A DNA stretch of 64,000 nucleotides from the NCBI GenBank assembly GCA_963750165.1, contig CAVVPN010000012.1:128001-192000 (forward strand), read 5' to 3'. This DNA is from an uncultured Gemmataceae bacterium (GTDB taxonomy: Bacteria > Planctomycetota > Planctomycetia > Gemmatales > Gemmataceae). The position numbers and the translations under genes were made by a program. Of the stretch, positions 53,753 to 63,300 are shown piece after piece. The notes below the pieces were generated by a model. It was given only the letters and a program-made list of their open reading frames with translations, did no database searches and had not been told where the DNA came from. Numbering within the stretch: position 1 is the stretch's first letter; each line of letters opens with the position of its first letter.

Positions 53753-53951
53753 TGTCCGTGGGCGAAAATCCCCCGCCCCACCGGGGGTTCCCCGCCCAGT
53801 CCCCCGGTCGCGTCGCGGCCGGCTGCCGACGACGATGTGCATGAAGATTTTTTCACTCCCGAAAGTCATTTCCAAAGCCCCTTGCCGTTAACAGTCTTCC
53901 GGCGGCGGCGGCAACGCGCTGACACGGTCGGCCCGGTCTCACGGTCCGATC

Positions 53952-53967
53952 CGGTCTCGTGTTTGCT
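53952..53967 (+). promoter_or_regulatory. Possible sigma54 promoter for the downstream operon
   Basis: CGGTCTCGTGTTTGCT: GG-N10-GC spacing with TTGCT, but a weak -24 element. Confidence 0.45.
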
Positions 53968-54087
53968 TTACCCATTTCCGGCCTTGAGCGGCGGAGGCGA
54001 GAAGCAGATCGGGAAAATCCGCAAGCACCGACTCAGGGCCCATGTGTGGCGTTCGGGATTTTCCCGGCACAAACGGAGGGATGCATC

Positions 54088-54600
54088 ATGAGACACGTGT
54101 TGAGTCGGTGGCTGCTGCTGCTGGGCGTGGCCCTGGCGAGCGCTGCGGTCCTTGCCTGGTTGCCGGCGGAGTCCGCGGGGGCTTTCCCGCAGGGCAAGAA
54201 GGGCAAAAAGGGCGAAATCCGCGGCGAATTCGTGACCATGCAGGGGACGGTGCAGCAGTTCACGACTGCGCCCAGGGGCGAGGTGGACGGCCTGATCCTG
54301 AATGACGGCACCTGGGTGCATTGGCCGCCGCACCTGGAAGACCAGTTCTCCGGCATCGCCGTCAAGGGCGACAAGGTCCGGGTCCACGGCCAGATGGTGA
54401 CCGGCAAGAAGGGCGACACCAAGCTGGAGGTGTCCACCATCACCAACCTGCGTACCGGCAAGAGCCGGCAGAATGCGGATCTGCCCGCCCCGACGACAGC
54501 CCTCGAGCGGCCAGGTAGTGTCGAAAAACGGCTGCAAGCTCTGGAAGACCGCATGGAGCAATTGCTCCAGGAAGTGCGGCGCATTCGCGGCAAGAAGTGA
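54088..54600 (+). CDS. Exported OB-fold-like hypothetical protein
   Basis: GGAGG SD; signal or TM segment; GTVQQFTTAPRGEVDGLILNDGTWVHWPPH...VKGDKVRVHG; C-terminal coiled coil. Confidence 0.75.
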   Translation: MRHVLSRWLLLLGVALASAAVLAWLPAESAGAFPQGKKGKKGEIRGEFVTMQGTVQQFTTAPRGEVDGLILNDGTWVHWPPHLEDQFSGIAVKGDKVRVHGQMVTGKKGDTKLEVSTITNLRTGKSRQNADLPAPTTALERPGSVEKRLQALEDRMEQLLQEVRRIRGKK

Positions 54601-54705
54601 GTGGACCGCCCTGGCGTGAACTGCCAGGGCGTCGGCGGGCGAGGCCTGTCTCGCCCGCCGATTCGTCACCGAGTCCCGGCCAGCTCAGACAGTGAAGGAG
54701 GGAAC

Positions 54706-55950
54706 ATGGACCGGCGTAACCGCATCGGCCTGTACGGCGCTTACTTCCTGGGCGTGTCCGGCATCGGCTTCACGCTGCCGTTCCTGCCGCTGTTCCTGGG
54801 CGATGCCGACCTGGACGACCGCACCATCGGCATCATCTCCACCCTGGCGGCGCTGGTCGGGCTGCTGCAATTCCCGGTCGGCCTGTGGTCGGATCGCGTC
54901 GGCCGGCGCAAGCCGTTCCTGATCGCGGCCCTGGCCCTGCTGGCGCTGGCGACGCTGTTGCTCCGCCAGGCCGAGGGCGTCGTGGCGCTGACCGTGTTGG
55001 TGCTGCTGTTCGCCGAGAACGGCTGTTGCCGCGCCACCGTCGAGAGCCTGGCCGGCGCCGAGGCGACGCAGCTGGCGCCGCCCGGTGGCGTCGGGGCGGC
55101 GCTGGGGGCGCTGCGCTTCTGGAAGCCGGTCGGCATCGTGCTGGTGGCACTGGGCGGCGGCTTCCTCGCCAGACACTACGGCGTCGCTGCGGTGCTCGGG
55201 CCGCTGGCCCTCGTGCAGGGCCTCGCGGTCGTCGCGGCCCTGCTGATCCGCGAACACCCCGAACGTGGGGCTGGCGAAGCGGACGGGCGGGTCGCCTGTC
55301 CTACGGAAGACGACCGGGCCTGGCTGCGCGACCGGGCGGTGGGGCTGTTCGTGGTCGCGATGGTGCTGTTCCACTTCGCCAACGCGCCCGGCGGCGTCTA
55401 CCTCGGCCTGTTTATGCGGCGGCAGCTGGGCGCGCCGCCGGACTGGCTGGCGCTGGCATTCGTGGTGAGCATGGTCACCTGGATGCTGGTGGTGCGGCCG
55501 ATCGGCTGGCTGGCGGACCGCGTCGGCCGGCGGCCGCTGCTGCTGCTCGGCTGGGCGGCGGCGGCGGCGCGGCTGGCGCTGATCGCGGCGGCGGCGGAGG
55601 CGTGGCAAATCCTGGCCATCCAGGTGCTCGACGGCTTCGCTAGCGGCCTGTTTTCGGTGCTGGCCGGCGCCTGGATGGCCGACCGCCTCGGCGACTCACG
55701 CCGCGCCGGCACCGCTCAGGCGCTGGTCGGCACGTCGCTGGTGTTCGGCTCGGCGCTGGGGCCGCTGGCGGCGGGGCTGCTGGTCGAGGATCTCGGCTAC
55801 CGCACCATGTTCGCCCTGCTGGCGGGCGTCGCCACCGCCGCCACCGCCGTCGTCGCGCTGGCGGTGCCCGAAACCCTCACCGCCCCGGCCGCCACCCCGG
55901 AACTGGCGCCGGCCGCCGGACAACCCTTGTCCCTGGAGAAGCAGGCATGA
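54706..55950 (+). CDS. MFS transporter
   Basis: GLWSDRVGRRK and GWLADRVGRRP (motif A); about 12 TMs. Confidence 0.92.
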   Translation: MDRRNRIGLYGAYFLGVSGIGFTLPFLPLFLGDADLDDRTIGIISTLAALVGLLQFPVGLWSDRVGRRKPFLIAALALLALATLLLRQAEGVVALTVLVLLFAENGCCRATVESLAGAEATQLAPPGGVGAALGALRFWKPVGIVLVALGGGFLARHYGVAAVLGPLALVQGLAVVAALLIREHPERGAGEADGRVACPTEDDRAWLRDRAVGLFVVAMVLFHFANAPGGVYLGLFMRRQLGAPPDWLALAFVVSMVTWMLVVRPIGWLADRVGRRPLLLLGWAAAAARLALIAAAAEAWQILAIQVLDGFASGLFSVLAGAWMADRLGDSRRAGTAQALVGTSLVFGSALGPLAAGLLVEDLGYRTMFALLAGVATAATAVVALAVPETLTAPAATPELAPAAGQPLSLEKQA

Positions 55951-57005
55951 CTCTGCACCCCTTGCCCGTCATCGTGGTGGTCCCCGGCGACCTGCACCTG
56001 ACTGAACCCGGCCTCGCCCACCACCGCGCCGCGCTGTGGATGGTGGACGAGGTCAACCGCTTGATCCGCCCCGACCTGGTGCAGTTCATCGGCGACAGCG
56101 TGCAGGACGGCACCGACGCTCAGTTCGACCTGTTTATTGAACTGGCCGGGCGGCTGGAGTGTCCGTGGCGGGCGCTGGTCGGCGACCACGACGCCCCGGG
56201 CGACCCGCACGCCGGCCGCTTCCGCGCCCGGGTGGGCGAGCCGCACGGCACGCTGACGCTCCGCGGTTTTCGACTGCTACGGCTGAACACGCAGGAGGCC
56301 CGGCCGGTCGGCCTGTCGCCGGGGCAGTTGGCCTGGTTCCGCGGCCAGGTCGCGGCGGCGGAGTCGGCCGGCGAGCGCGTGGTCGTTTTTCAGCACAACT
56401 ACCCCTATCAGATCTGGGAGGACTTTGCCGGCCCCGGTATGGAGGAATGGCGCGAGGTGGTCCAGGCGCGGCGGATCGCGGCAATCGTCAGCGGCCACAC
56501 GCACTACTGGCAGGTCGCCAACGACGGCCGCAACGTCTGCGTGGCGACGCGTTCCATCGGCGACCCCGAAGGCGGCCCGCCCGGTTACACGCTGCTGTAC
56601 CTGGGCGGCGACGACCTGGCGGTGACCTACCGCAGTGTCGAGGACCGCGGCCCACTGGTGCTCATCACGCACCCGCGCGAGCGGCTGCTGGCGACGGGGC
56701 CGGCGCACGTCGTCAGTGGCCCGGGCATGGTGCGGGCGCGGGTGTGGTCGGGGCGGCGGCTGGCGGGCGTGGCGTGTCGGGTGGACGAGGGGCCGTGGCA
56801 GCCGCTCGCGGTGTGGTTGCCGGCGGACTGGTGCGGCCCGCTGCCGGACGGCCTGGCGAAAGGGGCGCACCGCTGTGAGGTGCGGGCGGTGGACGCGGAG
56901 GGGGCGGAAGGCCGTCAGGTCATCGACTTCGCGGTGGACCCGACCGGCCGCTACACGGCAGTGCCCGAGGCGCGGCCGCGGGTCGAGCGCACCGCCTTTT
57001 GCTAA
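55947..57005 (+). CDS. Metallophosphoesterase (CpdA/GpdQ-like) with C-terminal beta domain
   Basis: GDLH, IGDSV, VGDHD, FQHNY, SGHTH; ATGA overlap with the MFS stop. Confidence 0.85.
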   Translation: MTLHPLPVIVVVPGDLHLTEPGLAHHRAALWMVDEVNRLIRPDLVQFIGDSVQDGTDAQFDLFIELAGRLECPWRALVGDHDAPGDPHAGRFRARVGEPHGTLTLRGFRLLRLNTQEARPVGLSPGQLAWFRGQVAAAESAGERVVVFQHNYPYQIWEDFAGPGMEEWREVVQARRIAAIVSGHTHYWQVANDGRNVCVATRSIGDPEGGPPGYTLLYLGGDDLAVTYRSVEDRGPLVLITHPRERLLATGPAHVVSGPGMVRARVWSGRRLAGVACRVDEGPWQPLAVWLPADWCGPLPDGLAKGAHRCEVRAVDAEGAEGRQVIDFAVDPTGRYTAVPEARPRVERTAFC

Positions 57006-57038
57006 GCCAACCAACCGGGACGGACAGGGGGCGACGCG

Positions 57039-58304
57039 GTGAGTGAGGAAGCGGTTTTCTGGCTGACGCTGGCCTGGTTCACGCTGACGTACGCGGGGCT
57101 GGCCCTGGGCAAGCTGCCGCGGCTGCGGACAGACCGGGCCGGCATCGCCCTGGTGGGCGCGGCGCTGATGCTGGTGACGCCGGGCGTGCTGGGCTTCAAG
57201 CAGGCGGTGGCCGCGGTGGACTTCGCCACCCTCGCGCTGCTGCTGGGCATGATGGTGGTGGTCGCGTTCCTGCGGCTGGCCGGTTTTTTTGACCGGCTGG
57301 CCGGCTGGGCACTGGCGCGGGTGAACACGCCGCGCGGCCTGCTGGCGGTGACAATGACGCTGGCGGGCGTGCTATCGGCGTTCCTGGTCAACGACGTGGT
57401 GTGCCTGGCGCTGACACCGCTGGTGCTGCACCTGGCCGAGAAGCTGCGGTTCGACCCGAAGCCGCACCTGCTCGGCGTGGCGCTGGCGTCGAACATCGGC
57501 TCGACAGCGACGCTGACCGGCAACCCGCAGAACATGATTATCGGCAACCTGTCGGGCATCAGTTATGTGCGTTTCGCCGAACGGCTGACCCCGATCGCGG
57601 TGCTCGGCCTGCTGGTCGGTTTCGCCGTGGTCGCCTGGTGCTATCGTCGTTCGTTGTCCGTGGTCCGTTGTCCGTCGCCGGCACCCCAGGCAAAGGACGG
57701 CGGACGGCGAACGGGCAACGGCCCGAAGAAGCGGCTGCTGGTCAAGAGTCTGGCGGTGACGGCGGCGGCGGTGGCGGCCTTCTTCGCGGGGGCGCCGATG
57801 GAGGTGACGGCGCTGGCGGCCGCCGCGGTGCTGCTGCTGGACCGCGTCAACCCGCACAAGATTTACCGCCAGCTCGACTGGAGTCTGCTGGTGATGTTCG
57901 CCGGCCTGTTCGTGGTCGTCCACGCCTTCAACGTCCATGTCGTTCGGACCTGGCACGTCGAGCGCTGGCAGTTCCTGCAGGAATCGCCGGTGATGCTGCT
58001 GAGCGTGGTGTCGGCGGTGCTGTCGAACGTGGTGAGCAACGTGCCGGCGGTGCTGCTGTTCCAGCCGGTCCTGTCGGTGATGCCGGCGGACGTGCGCGAG
58101 ACGGCGTGGCTGGCGCTGGCGATGTCGAGCACGCTGGCCGGCAACCTGACCGTGCTCGGTTCGGTGGCGAACCTCATCGTCGTGGAGCACGCCCGCCGGG
58201 AGGGAGTCGCGATCACCTTCGCCGAGTACCTGCGCGTCGGTGTGCCGGTCACGCTGCTGACGCTGGCGCTGGGCATCGGCTGGCTGGCGTTCGTGCAGTA
58301 TTGA
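57039..58304 (+). CDS. Anion transporter (ArsB/NhaD/CitM superfamily, YbiR/Lsi2-like)
   Basis: DRAGIALVGA; LSAFLVND; SNIGSTATLTGNPQN; SNVVSNVP; STLAGNLTVLGSVAN. Confidence 0.9.
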   Translation: MSEEAVFWLTLAWFTLTYAGLALGKLPRLRTDRAGIALVGAALMLVTPGVLGFKQAVAAVDFATLALLLGMMVVVAFLRLAGFFDRLAGWALARVNTPRGLLAVTMTLAGVLSAFLVNDVVCLALTPLVLHLAEKLRFDPKPHLLGVALASNIGSTATLTGNPQNMIIGNLSGISYVRFAERLTPIAVLGLLVGFAVVAWCYRRSLSVVRCPSPAPQAKDGGRRTGNGPKKRLLVKSLAVTAAAVAAFFAGAPMEVTALAAAAVLLLDRVNPHKIYRQLDWSLLVMFAGLFVVVHAFNVHVVRTWHVERWQFLQESPVMLLSVVSAVLSNVVSNVPAVLLFQPVLSVMPADVRETAWLALAMSSTLAGNLTVLGSVANLIVVEHARREGVAITFAEYLRVGVPVTLLTLALGIGWLAFVQY

Positions 58305-58307
58305 GGT

Positions 58308-58351
58308 CGTTGCCGCTTCGCGCGGGTGGCAGCCCGCGCGAAGCGACAACG
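58308..58351. repeat. REP-like hairpin or terminator after the operon
   Basis: CGTTGCCGCTTCGCGCGGG-TGGCAG-CCCGCGCGAAGCGACAACG. Confidence 0.7.
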
Positions 58352-58354
58352 GGG

Positions 58355-58802
58355 TCAACCTGGTCCGGAGGTCTCCGGCGCCGGAGGATTATCCTCCACC
58401 GCTTCCAGTTCGTCCTCGCGCACCTCGGTTTCAAAATCATTCCATTGGTCCGGGTGAAGAAGGATTCTGTACATCCGGCAGCCGCCGACCCCGAGGTTGC
58501 CGCGGTCTTCGATTCGGGTTGCCCCGATCAAGCCGTCGGCCAAAGAGAAGGTTGTCCCGCAACGTTACGCGGAGGGTGGGGTCGGCCACCGGCGCCACCA
58601 GACCGTCTGCACACTCCGAGTGCAGGTCCCGACAAAACCCTTGAAAGTGTGCGGACAGCAGCATGGCGTAAGCCTGGTTAATCTGAAGCGCTGCCGTCCA
58701 CGCTCCCGGGCCGGAACCGCGCACCGACCGATGTGCTTTCTCTATATGGTCGAGCGTCGCCGCACTTTCCGTTAACCATTGTTGCAGGGCTGTCGATGGC
58801 AT
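58355..58802 (-). pseudogene. Truncated HEPN-like gene fused out of frame to the 3' half of a small gene
   Basis: MPSTALQQW...AYAMLLSAHFQGFCRDLHSEC...LDRGNPN, then loss of similarity; another frame gives IEDRGNLGVGGCRMYRI...EVREDELE. Confidence 0.55.
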
Positions 58803-58909
58803 CCTTGCCTCTCCCTGGTCGCATCTGCTTCCCACACCTCCGTGAATGATTCCCGTTCCCCGCCTGCGGTCAAGCGCAGTCACTCGCGCGCGATGCCACC
58901 AATCTACCA

Positions 58910-60367
58910 TCACTCCAACCGCTGCCGCGCCGCCGCCACCTCGCGCTCGCGCATCGCCCGGAAACGGTCGCGGTACTCCAGCACCAGCGGCGACAGCTCC
59001 ACCCGGCGATAGCGGCCCCAGGTGCGCTCCGCCCGCTGCGCCTGCTCCGGAAATCCCTCGCGGTACGTGACGCGCCCCTGTTCGACCAGCTGCACGAACA
59101 GCGGTTCGCCGTCGATCCGCTCCGACGCATCCGCGACCACCAGGGCGTCGCCACGGCCGAACACTCGCAGGTAGCCGCCCAGTGACTCCTTGCCCGGTGA
59201 GTTGGAAAACTTCACGTTCGGATGCGCACCGGTCGCCGAGCGCTTGAACGCCGCGGCGACCGTGTCGCGGTGGACCAACCGCCACCAGTAGCCGCCCGCC
59301 CCGGGAAACAGCATCGTCGGCTCCACGCCCGTCTCACAGCGGAAGTACTCGTACACCTGCCGCACCGCGTCCGGGCTCACCTCGTCCTCGAAGACGATCA
59401 TGCGCGGCGAGATGCCGGCGTCGCGCAGGCGGCGGAAGTACAGCGCACACTGCACCGCGATGTCGCCGGAATCGACGCGGATGCCGACACGCTCTGTTTC
59501 AGGATGAGCCTTGATGACGCGCAGCGCGTTCTCCAGGCCGACCGTCTCGGCGTCCACCAGGTCGCACAACAATGACGCGGTGCCCAGCGCCGTGATGAAG
59601 CGGTCCATCATCTCGTACTCGGCGTCCGCCAGCGAGCGGTCGAACGACTGGGCGGCGCACATCATCTCGTGGCCGATGGTGCCGACCGACCGGAACAGTT
59701 CCGGATACATAAACTCCGCGGTGTCGTTGGACGTGAGCTGACCGCCACCGCCGACGTAGCGGGCCAGCAGCAGGATGAGGTTGCAGACCTCCACCGGCGC
59801 CGACCGCAGCCCAAACTCCGCGTCGCGCGGCGTCGCCAGCTTCATCAGCCGGGCCTTGGTCGCCTGGATCACCGGCGCGAAGTAGCGGCACATGGCCGGC
59901 TCCAGGTATGACACCAGCCCACCCGGCCCCTCGAACGACAGGCACGGCACCCCTGGCAGAAACGTCTGGCCGCCGGCAAAGCCCCAGAGGTTGATCGGCA
60001 ACAACAGGTCGTCGCCCGGCTGCCGCAGCACCAGGTCCCAGGCCGCCTGCGGGAACGCCTTGACGGCGGAGTGCTCCGCGTACCATCGGGCGGCCAGTTC
60101 GATGTCAGCGCGGCGCAGCGGCCGGTGGAACCACTGCGCCAGCATGGCCTCGTGGCCGGCCATGATGAGCTGGTTGTCGGCGCCGGGCTCCGGCAAACCC
60201 TTGCGCATCGTCAGGCTGTAGCCGGCGCGGGCGACCGCCACGTCCGGCACGGCGGCCCACATGGTGCGCTTGTAGGTGTCGGTGCCGCCCAGCCAGCCGC
60301 CCAGCAGGAACAGCTTGCCGAAGAACTCCGTGCGCATGGCGGCCCGCTTCGCCGCGAATGGGTCCAT
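58910..60367 (-). CDS. Divergent nicotinate phosphoribosyltransferase (PncB/NAPRTase-like)
   Basis: TDTYK, EFGLRS, TSN, GTIGHE, GIRVDSGD, KFSNSPGKES. Confidence 0.75.
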   Translation of the reverse strand: MDPFAAKRAAMRTEFFGKLFLLGGWLGGTDTYKRTMWAAVPDVAVARAGYSLTMRKGLPEPGADNQLIMAGHEAMLAQWFHRPLRRADIELAARWYAEHSAVKAFPQAAWDLVLRQPGDDLLLPINLWGFAGGQTFLPGVPCLSFEGPGGLVSYLEPAMCRYFAPVIQATKARLMKLATPRDAEFGLRSAPVEVCNLILLLARYVGGGGQLTSNDTAEFMYPELFRSVGTIGHEMMCAAQSFDRSLADAEYEMMDRFITALGTASLLCDLVDAETVGLENALRVIKAHPETERVGIRVDSGDIAVQCALYFRRLRDAGISPRMIVFEDEVSPDAVRQVYEYFRCETGVEPTMLFPGAGGYWWRLVHRDTVAAAFKRSATGAHPNVKFSNSPGKESLGGYLRVFGRGDALVVADASERIDGEPLFVQLVEQGRVTYREGFPEQAQRAERTWGRYRRVELSPLVLEYRDRFRAMREREVAAARQRLE

Positions 60368-60557
60368 TCCTGGTCCTCCGCTGCCGACCGCTCCGTCCGA
60401 ATACGGGAACGTTTGCACCGGTTGGGGCGTCCAATCTTTGCCGGAATTTCTTGCCTGGCCCCTTCTGCCCGGCGTGGCCCAGGCATTATACTTGACCAGT
60501 AGACTGAGGGTGCCGGTATTCCCGGCTGGTTCGGGTCTGCCGCCGAGGGCGTTGCGC

Positions 60558-62150
60558 ATGGAGTTCACGGTCGAAAACGTTTGCGGCCTGCTGATCCGCA
60601 GCAAACTGTTGACGCCGGACGAGGTCCGGGCCATGTACGCCCGCTGGCAGACCGACGCCGGCCTGGCCGTCTCCAACCTCACGGCCTTCACGCGCTGGCT
60701 GGTGGCACACCAGTACGTCACTGATTACCAGGCCGCCCTGGTCGCGCGCGGCCACGCGGAAGGCTTCTTCATCAACCAGTACAAAATCCTCGACCGCCTC
60801 GGCAAGGGCCGCACCGCCGGCGTCTACAAGGCCATCCACACCGGTTCCGGCCAGGTCGTCGCCATCAAGGTGCTGCCGCCGTCCAAGAGCAAGGACAGCC
60901 AGCTGCTGGGCCGCTTCCGCCGTGAAGTCAAACTCGCCCTCAAGCTCAAGCATCCCAACGTCGTCCGCTCGTTTCAGGTCGGCACCGTCGGCGCACTGCA
61001 CTACCTGGTCATGGAGTACCTGGAAGGCGAACCGCTCGACGTGGTGCTGCAGCGCCGCAAGAAACTGCCGCCGCAGGAGGCCGTGCGTCTCGTCCACCAG
61101 GCGCTGCAAGGGTTGCAGTACATCCACGAACAGGGGCTGGTCCACCGCGACCTGAAGCCGGCCAACCTCATGCTGGTGCCGGCCAGCGGCAGCGGCGCCG
61201 ACGACACCACCGCGCGGGCGACGCTGAAAATCCTGGACATCGGCCTGGGCCGCCGTCTGGCGGACGATAGCACCCTGTCCGCCTCCGAGAACCTGCACCT
61301 GACCGGCGAAGGCGTCCTGCTCGGCACTCCCGATTACCTCGCCCCCGAGCAGGCCCGCGACCCGCGCGCCGTCGATATTCGGGCCGACATCTACAGCCTT
61401 GGCTGCGTGCTGTACCACCTGCTCACCGGCCAGCCGCCGTTCCCCGACACCAACATCCTCAGCCAGATGGTGCGGCACGCCACCGAGATGGCCCGGCCGC
61501 TCAAGGAACTCAACCCGGCCGTGCCCGACGGCTTGCAGCAGATCCTCAACTGGATGATGGCCAAGGACCCCAACCAGCGCTACCCGTCGCCGGAGCGGGC
61601 CGCCCAGGCGCTGCAGGTGTTCCTGGTCGCCGGCAGCGAACCGGCGCGGCCGACCGAGGAGGGGCCACAGTTGCGGAAGTTCCTGACCTGCCTCGAAACG
61701 GAACGCAACGGCGAGGACGATCTGGACAAGACGCCGGTGACGCGGCGCAAGCCGCCCACCACGCCATTGCCCGGCAAGTCGGAAAAAAAGGAGAAGCGCC
61801 ACAAGGAGCGGCCATCGACGCCGACGACGCCGGTGCCGGGCGCCCCGGGGCCGGCCAACGGACTGACGCCGGAGTCGAGCCCGCGCCGTCACGGCCACAA
61901 GAAGCACCGGCGCCACAAGAGCCAGGCCGCGCCGGTGGCGACCGTCGTGCTGAGCACGGCCGCGGCCGCGCCCGCGGCGGCCGGGCAGTTCGACGTGGAG
62001 CTGGTAACGGCCGCGCCGCCGCAGCCGGCACGAGGCGGCCGCCTGCGGCTCACCAACCGCGACTGGGTCTTCCTGGCCCTGGGCGCCTCGGCGGTCGTGA
62101 TCGCGGTTGTCGTCGGCTTCATCCTGGCCATGACGTTGAAGCCATCGTGA
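60558..62150 (+). CDS. Ser/Thr protein kinase with C-terminal TM
   Basis: [40 protein letters not shown]. Confidence 0.93.
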   Translation: MEFTVENVCGLLIRSKLLTPDEVRAMYARWQTDAGLAVSNLTAFTRWLVAHQYVTDYQAALVARGHAEGFFINQYKILDRLGKGRTAGVYKAIHTGSGQVVAIKVLPPSKSKDSQLLGRFRREVKLALKLKHPNVVRSFQVGTVGALHYLVMEYLEGEPLDVVLQRRKKLPPQEAVRLVHQALQGLQYIHEQGLVHRDLKPANLMLVPASGSGADDTTARATLKILDIGLGRRLADDSTLSASENLHLTGEGVLLGTPDYLAPEQARDPRAVDIRADIYSLGCVLYHLLTGQPPFPDTNILSQMVRHATEMARPLKELNPAVPDGLQQILNWMMAKDPNQRYPSPERAAQALQVFLVAGSEPARPTEEGPQLRKFLTCLETERNGEDDLDKTPVTRRKPPTTPLPGKSEKKEKRHKERPSTPTTPVPGAPGPANGLTPESSPRRHGHKKHRRHKSQAAPVATVVLSTAAAAPAAAGQFDVELVTAAPPQPARGGRLRLTNRDWVFLALGASAVVIAVVVGFILAMTLKPS

Positions 62151-62169
62151 ACTTCCCGGCAAACCTCTC

Positions 62170-63297
62170 ATGCGTTTACGTGCCCGCCACTACGCCACCG
62201 GTGAACGGCTCGATCTGGTCTGGGAACACGGCCGGCTGAGCGGCCTCGGCCCCGCGACCCGGGAGCCCGTGGACCTGGAGGCCGGCTGGGTCGCGCCCGC
62301 GCTGTTCGACCTGCAAATCAACGGCTGCCACGGCCACAGCTTCAACAGCCCTGCCCTCACCACCGCGGGCGTGCGCCACGTGGTCGAGCACGCCCGGCGG
62401 CACGGCATCGGCGCCCTGTGCCCGACCCTGGTCACCAACTCCTTCGACGCCCTGGCCCACGGTCTGCGCACCCTCCGCGCCGCCTGCGAGGCCGACGCGG
62501 TGCTGGCGCGAGCGCTGCCAGCGATCCACCTGGAGGGTCCGTACATCTCCGCCGAGGACGGGCCGCGCGGCGCCCACGCCCGACAGCACGTGCGACCGCC
62601 CGACTGGGATGAGTTCCGCCGCTTGCAAGAAATCTCCGGCGACCGCATCCGCCTGGTGACGCTCGCCCCCGAGCACGACGGGGCGCCGCGCTTCATCGAG
62701 CGGTTGGTCGCGGCCGGCGTCGTGGTGGCGCTGGGCCACACCGCGGCGCGGGCCGAGCACATCCGCGCTGCCGTCGCCGCCGGCGCCCGCCTGAGCACAC
62801 ACCTCGGCAACGGCGCGCACGCCCTGCTGCCGCGGCATGACAATTACCTCTGGGAGCAACTGGCCACCGACGCATTGTGGGCCAGCGTCATCTGCGACGG
62901 CCATCATCTGCCGGCCGCGGTCGTGCGCTGCCTGCTGCGCGTCAAGACGCCGGCGCGGACGGTGCTGACCTGCGACGCCAGCCCGCTGGCCGGACTGCCG
63001 CCGGGCCGCTACCGCGAATGGGAGCAGGAGTTCGAGATCGTGCCCGAGGGCAAAATCCTGGTCGCCGGCACCAGCTTCCTGGCCGGCTCCTGGGCCTTCA
63101 CCGACGTGTGCCTGGGAAACGCCATGCGCTTCGCTGGCGTCAGTCTGGCAGAGGCCATCGACATGGCGGCGCTGCGGCCGCGGCAACTGCTGGGCCTGCC
63201 GCTGCCGCGTCTGGAGGCCGGCGCCATCACAGACCTGTTGCTATTCGACTGGCAGCCCGGCGGCGCTGTGGTCGTCCGCGCCACGCTGGCGGCCTGA
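62170..63297 (+). CDS. nagA: N-acetylglucosamine-6-phosphate deacetylase family amidohydrolase
   Basis: DLQING, PTLVT, HLEGPYI, RGAH, TLAPE, LGHT, THLGN, DGHHL. Confidence 0.85.
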   Translation: MRLRARHYATGERLDLVWEHGRLSGLGPATREPVDLEAGWVAPALFDLQINGCHGHSFNSPALTTAGVRHVVEHARRHGIGALCPTLVTNSFDALAHGLRTLRAACEADAVLARALPAIHLEGPYISAEDGPRGAHARQHVRPPDWDEFRRLQEISGDRIRLVTLAPEHDGAPRFIERLVAAGVVVALGHTAARAEHIRAAVAAGARLSTHLGNGAHALLPRHDNYLWEQLATDALWASVICDGHHLPAAVVRCLLRVKTPARTVLTCDASPLAGLPPGRYREWEQEFEIVPEGKILVAGTSFLAGSWAFTDVCLGNAMRFAGVSLAEAIDMAALRPRQLLGLPLPRLEAGAITDLLLFDWQPGGAVVVRATLAA

Positions 63298-63300
63298 ACG

